Source: Minisyncoccota bacterium (GTDB lineage: Bacteria; Patescibacteriota; Minisyncoccia; Phycocordibacterales; UBA9973). From it: a stretch of 64,000 nt of DNA. Location: assembly GCA_942491275.1 (NCBI GenBank), contig CALNZI010000006.1:9899-73898 (forward strand), written 5' to 3'. Numbering within the stretch: position 1 is the stretch's first letter; the number at the start of each line of letters is the position of its first letter. This document shows positions 63,526 through 64,000 of the stretch, piece by piece. The notes beneath the pieces were generated by a model, which was not told the DNA's origin, did no database searches, and saw only the letters and a program-made list of their open reading frames with translations. A program made the position numbers and the translations under genes.

Positions 63526-64000
63526 TTAATTAAAATAAATTTTACTAATCTTCTCCAGAATTTTTTCTCCTGGGTCTCCTGGAATAAAAATACTCTCATC
63601 TACTTTATAGATAAATGATAAATTCTTTATCATTTTTTCATGATCATATTTCTCTCCTTGATTTCGAAAAAATGTCAAGAAAGCAGAACTAATAGCTCGG
63701 TCTCTAGGAATATATCTCCGAATATCAACAAGATATTCTATATACCGAGAGCTCCTTTCTTTATCTCTTATTTCAAATTTCCCACTCTGAAAGGCTTTAG
63801 CTGCGCTAGTTCTTGAAAGACCTGTAAAAATTTCAAACAACAATGTAATTGGAAATTTTGTTTTCTCAAGAGCTTTCTTTAGAAGAGTATAGTCTTCTAT
63901 CTCAAGAGAATGCCATGCATTCAAAAAATTCTTTGTTACCCACCTTCTTGAAGTTTTATTCAAATCAGCGATTAGTCTGACAATTTCCGTCTTACTACTG
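63526..64000 (-). CDS. Hypothetical protein, N-terminus beyond window edge
   Basis: The frame stays open to position 64000 (…SSKTEIVRLIADLNKTSRRW…), and the track TTG start at 63963 is internal. No integrase or other known motif is recognised in the visible 158 aa. Confidence 0.45.
   Translation of the reverse strand, partial: SSKTEIVRLIADLNKTSRRWVTKNFLNAWHSLEIEDYTLLKKALEKTKFPITLLFEIFTGLSRTSAAKAFQSGKFEIRDKERSSRYIEYLVDIRRYIPRDRAISSAFLTFFRNQGEKYDHEKMIKNLSFIYKVDESIFIPGDPGEKILEKISKIYFN

Overview
AT-rich, gene-dense window from a small-genome bacterium. Gene content and the minimised proteins suggest Patescibacteria/CPR, which is inference only. The standard code applies: TGA ends trpS and the EEP-family gene. 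About 90% is core housekeeping. This covers four aaRS genes (cysS, trpS, aspS, gltX), gatB, dnaB-recR, scpAB, mraY-ftsW-murG, a complete F1Fo ATP synthase operon, and six ribosomal protein genes (L21, L25, L31, L27, L9 and others). It also covers prfA, a non-oxidative pentose-phosphate block (rpiB, rpe, split tkt), lower glycolysis (fba, gap, eno, a minimal pyk), secreted cell-wall hydrolases and one pilin. There are three tRNA genes: Leu-UAA, Ile-GAU and Glu-CUC. I found no rRNA, CRISPR array, transposase, integrase or recognisable defence system. The non-routine signals are at the RNA/DNA level. (1) The last ~3.6 kb is a tRNA-Glu-anchored array of small cassettes bounded by decayed copies of the tRNA 3' portion. 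It includes a purM-like gene bracketed by 81-nt direct repeats, with no recombinase in view. (2) The tRNA-Ile gene sits between the two halves of an older disrupted copy and is flanked by an 18-bp inverted repeat. (3) A ~110-nt leader is shared by trpS and prfA, and its ends pair across the start codon. (4) A promoter grammar (TGnTAnnAT, 6-8 nt, ATG) recurs and implies leaderless mRNAs for many genes; I used it to correct several starts. (5) Tandem cationic micro-peptide cassettes. (6) Domain-minimised enzymes. (7) Two homopolymer frameshifts that may be assembly errors. All homology calls come from motif recognition by eye; no database search was run.
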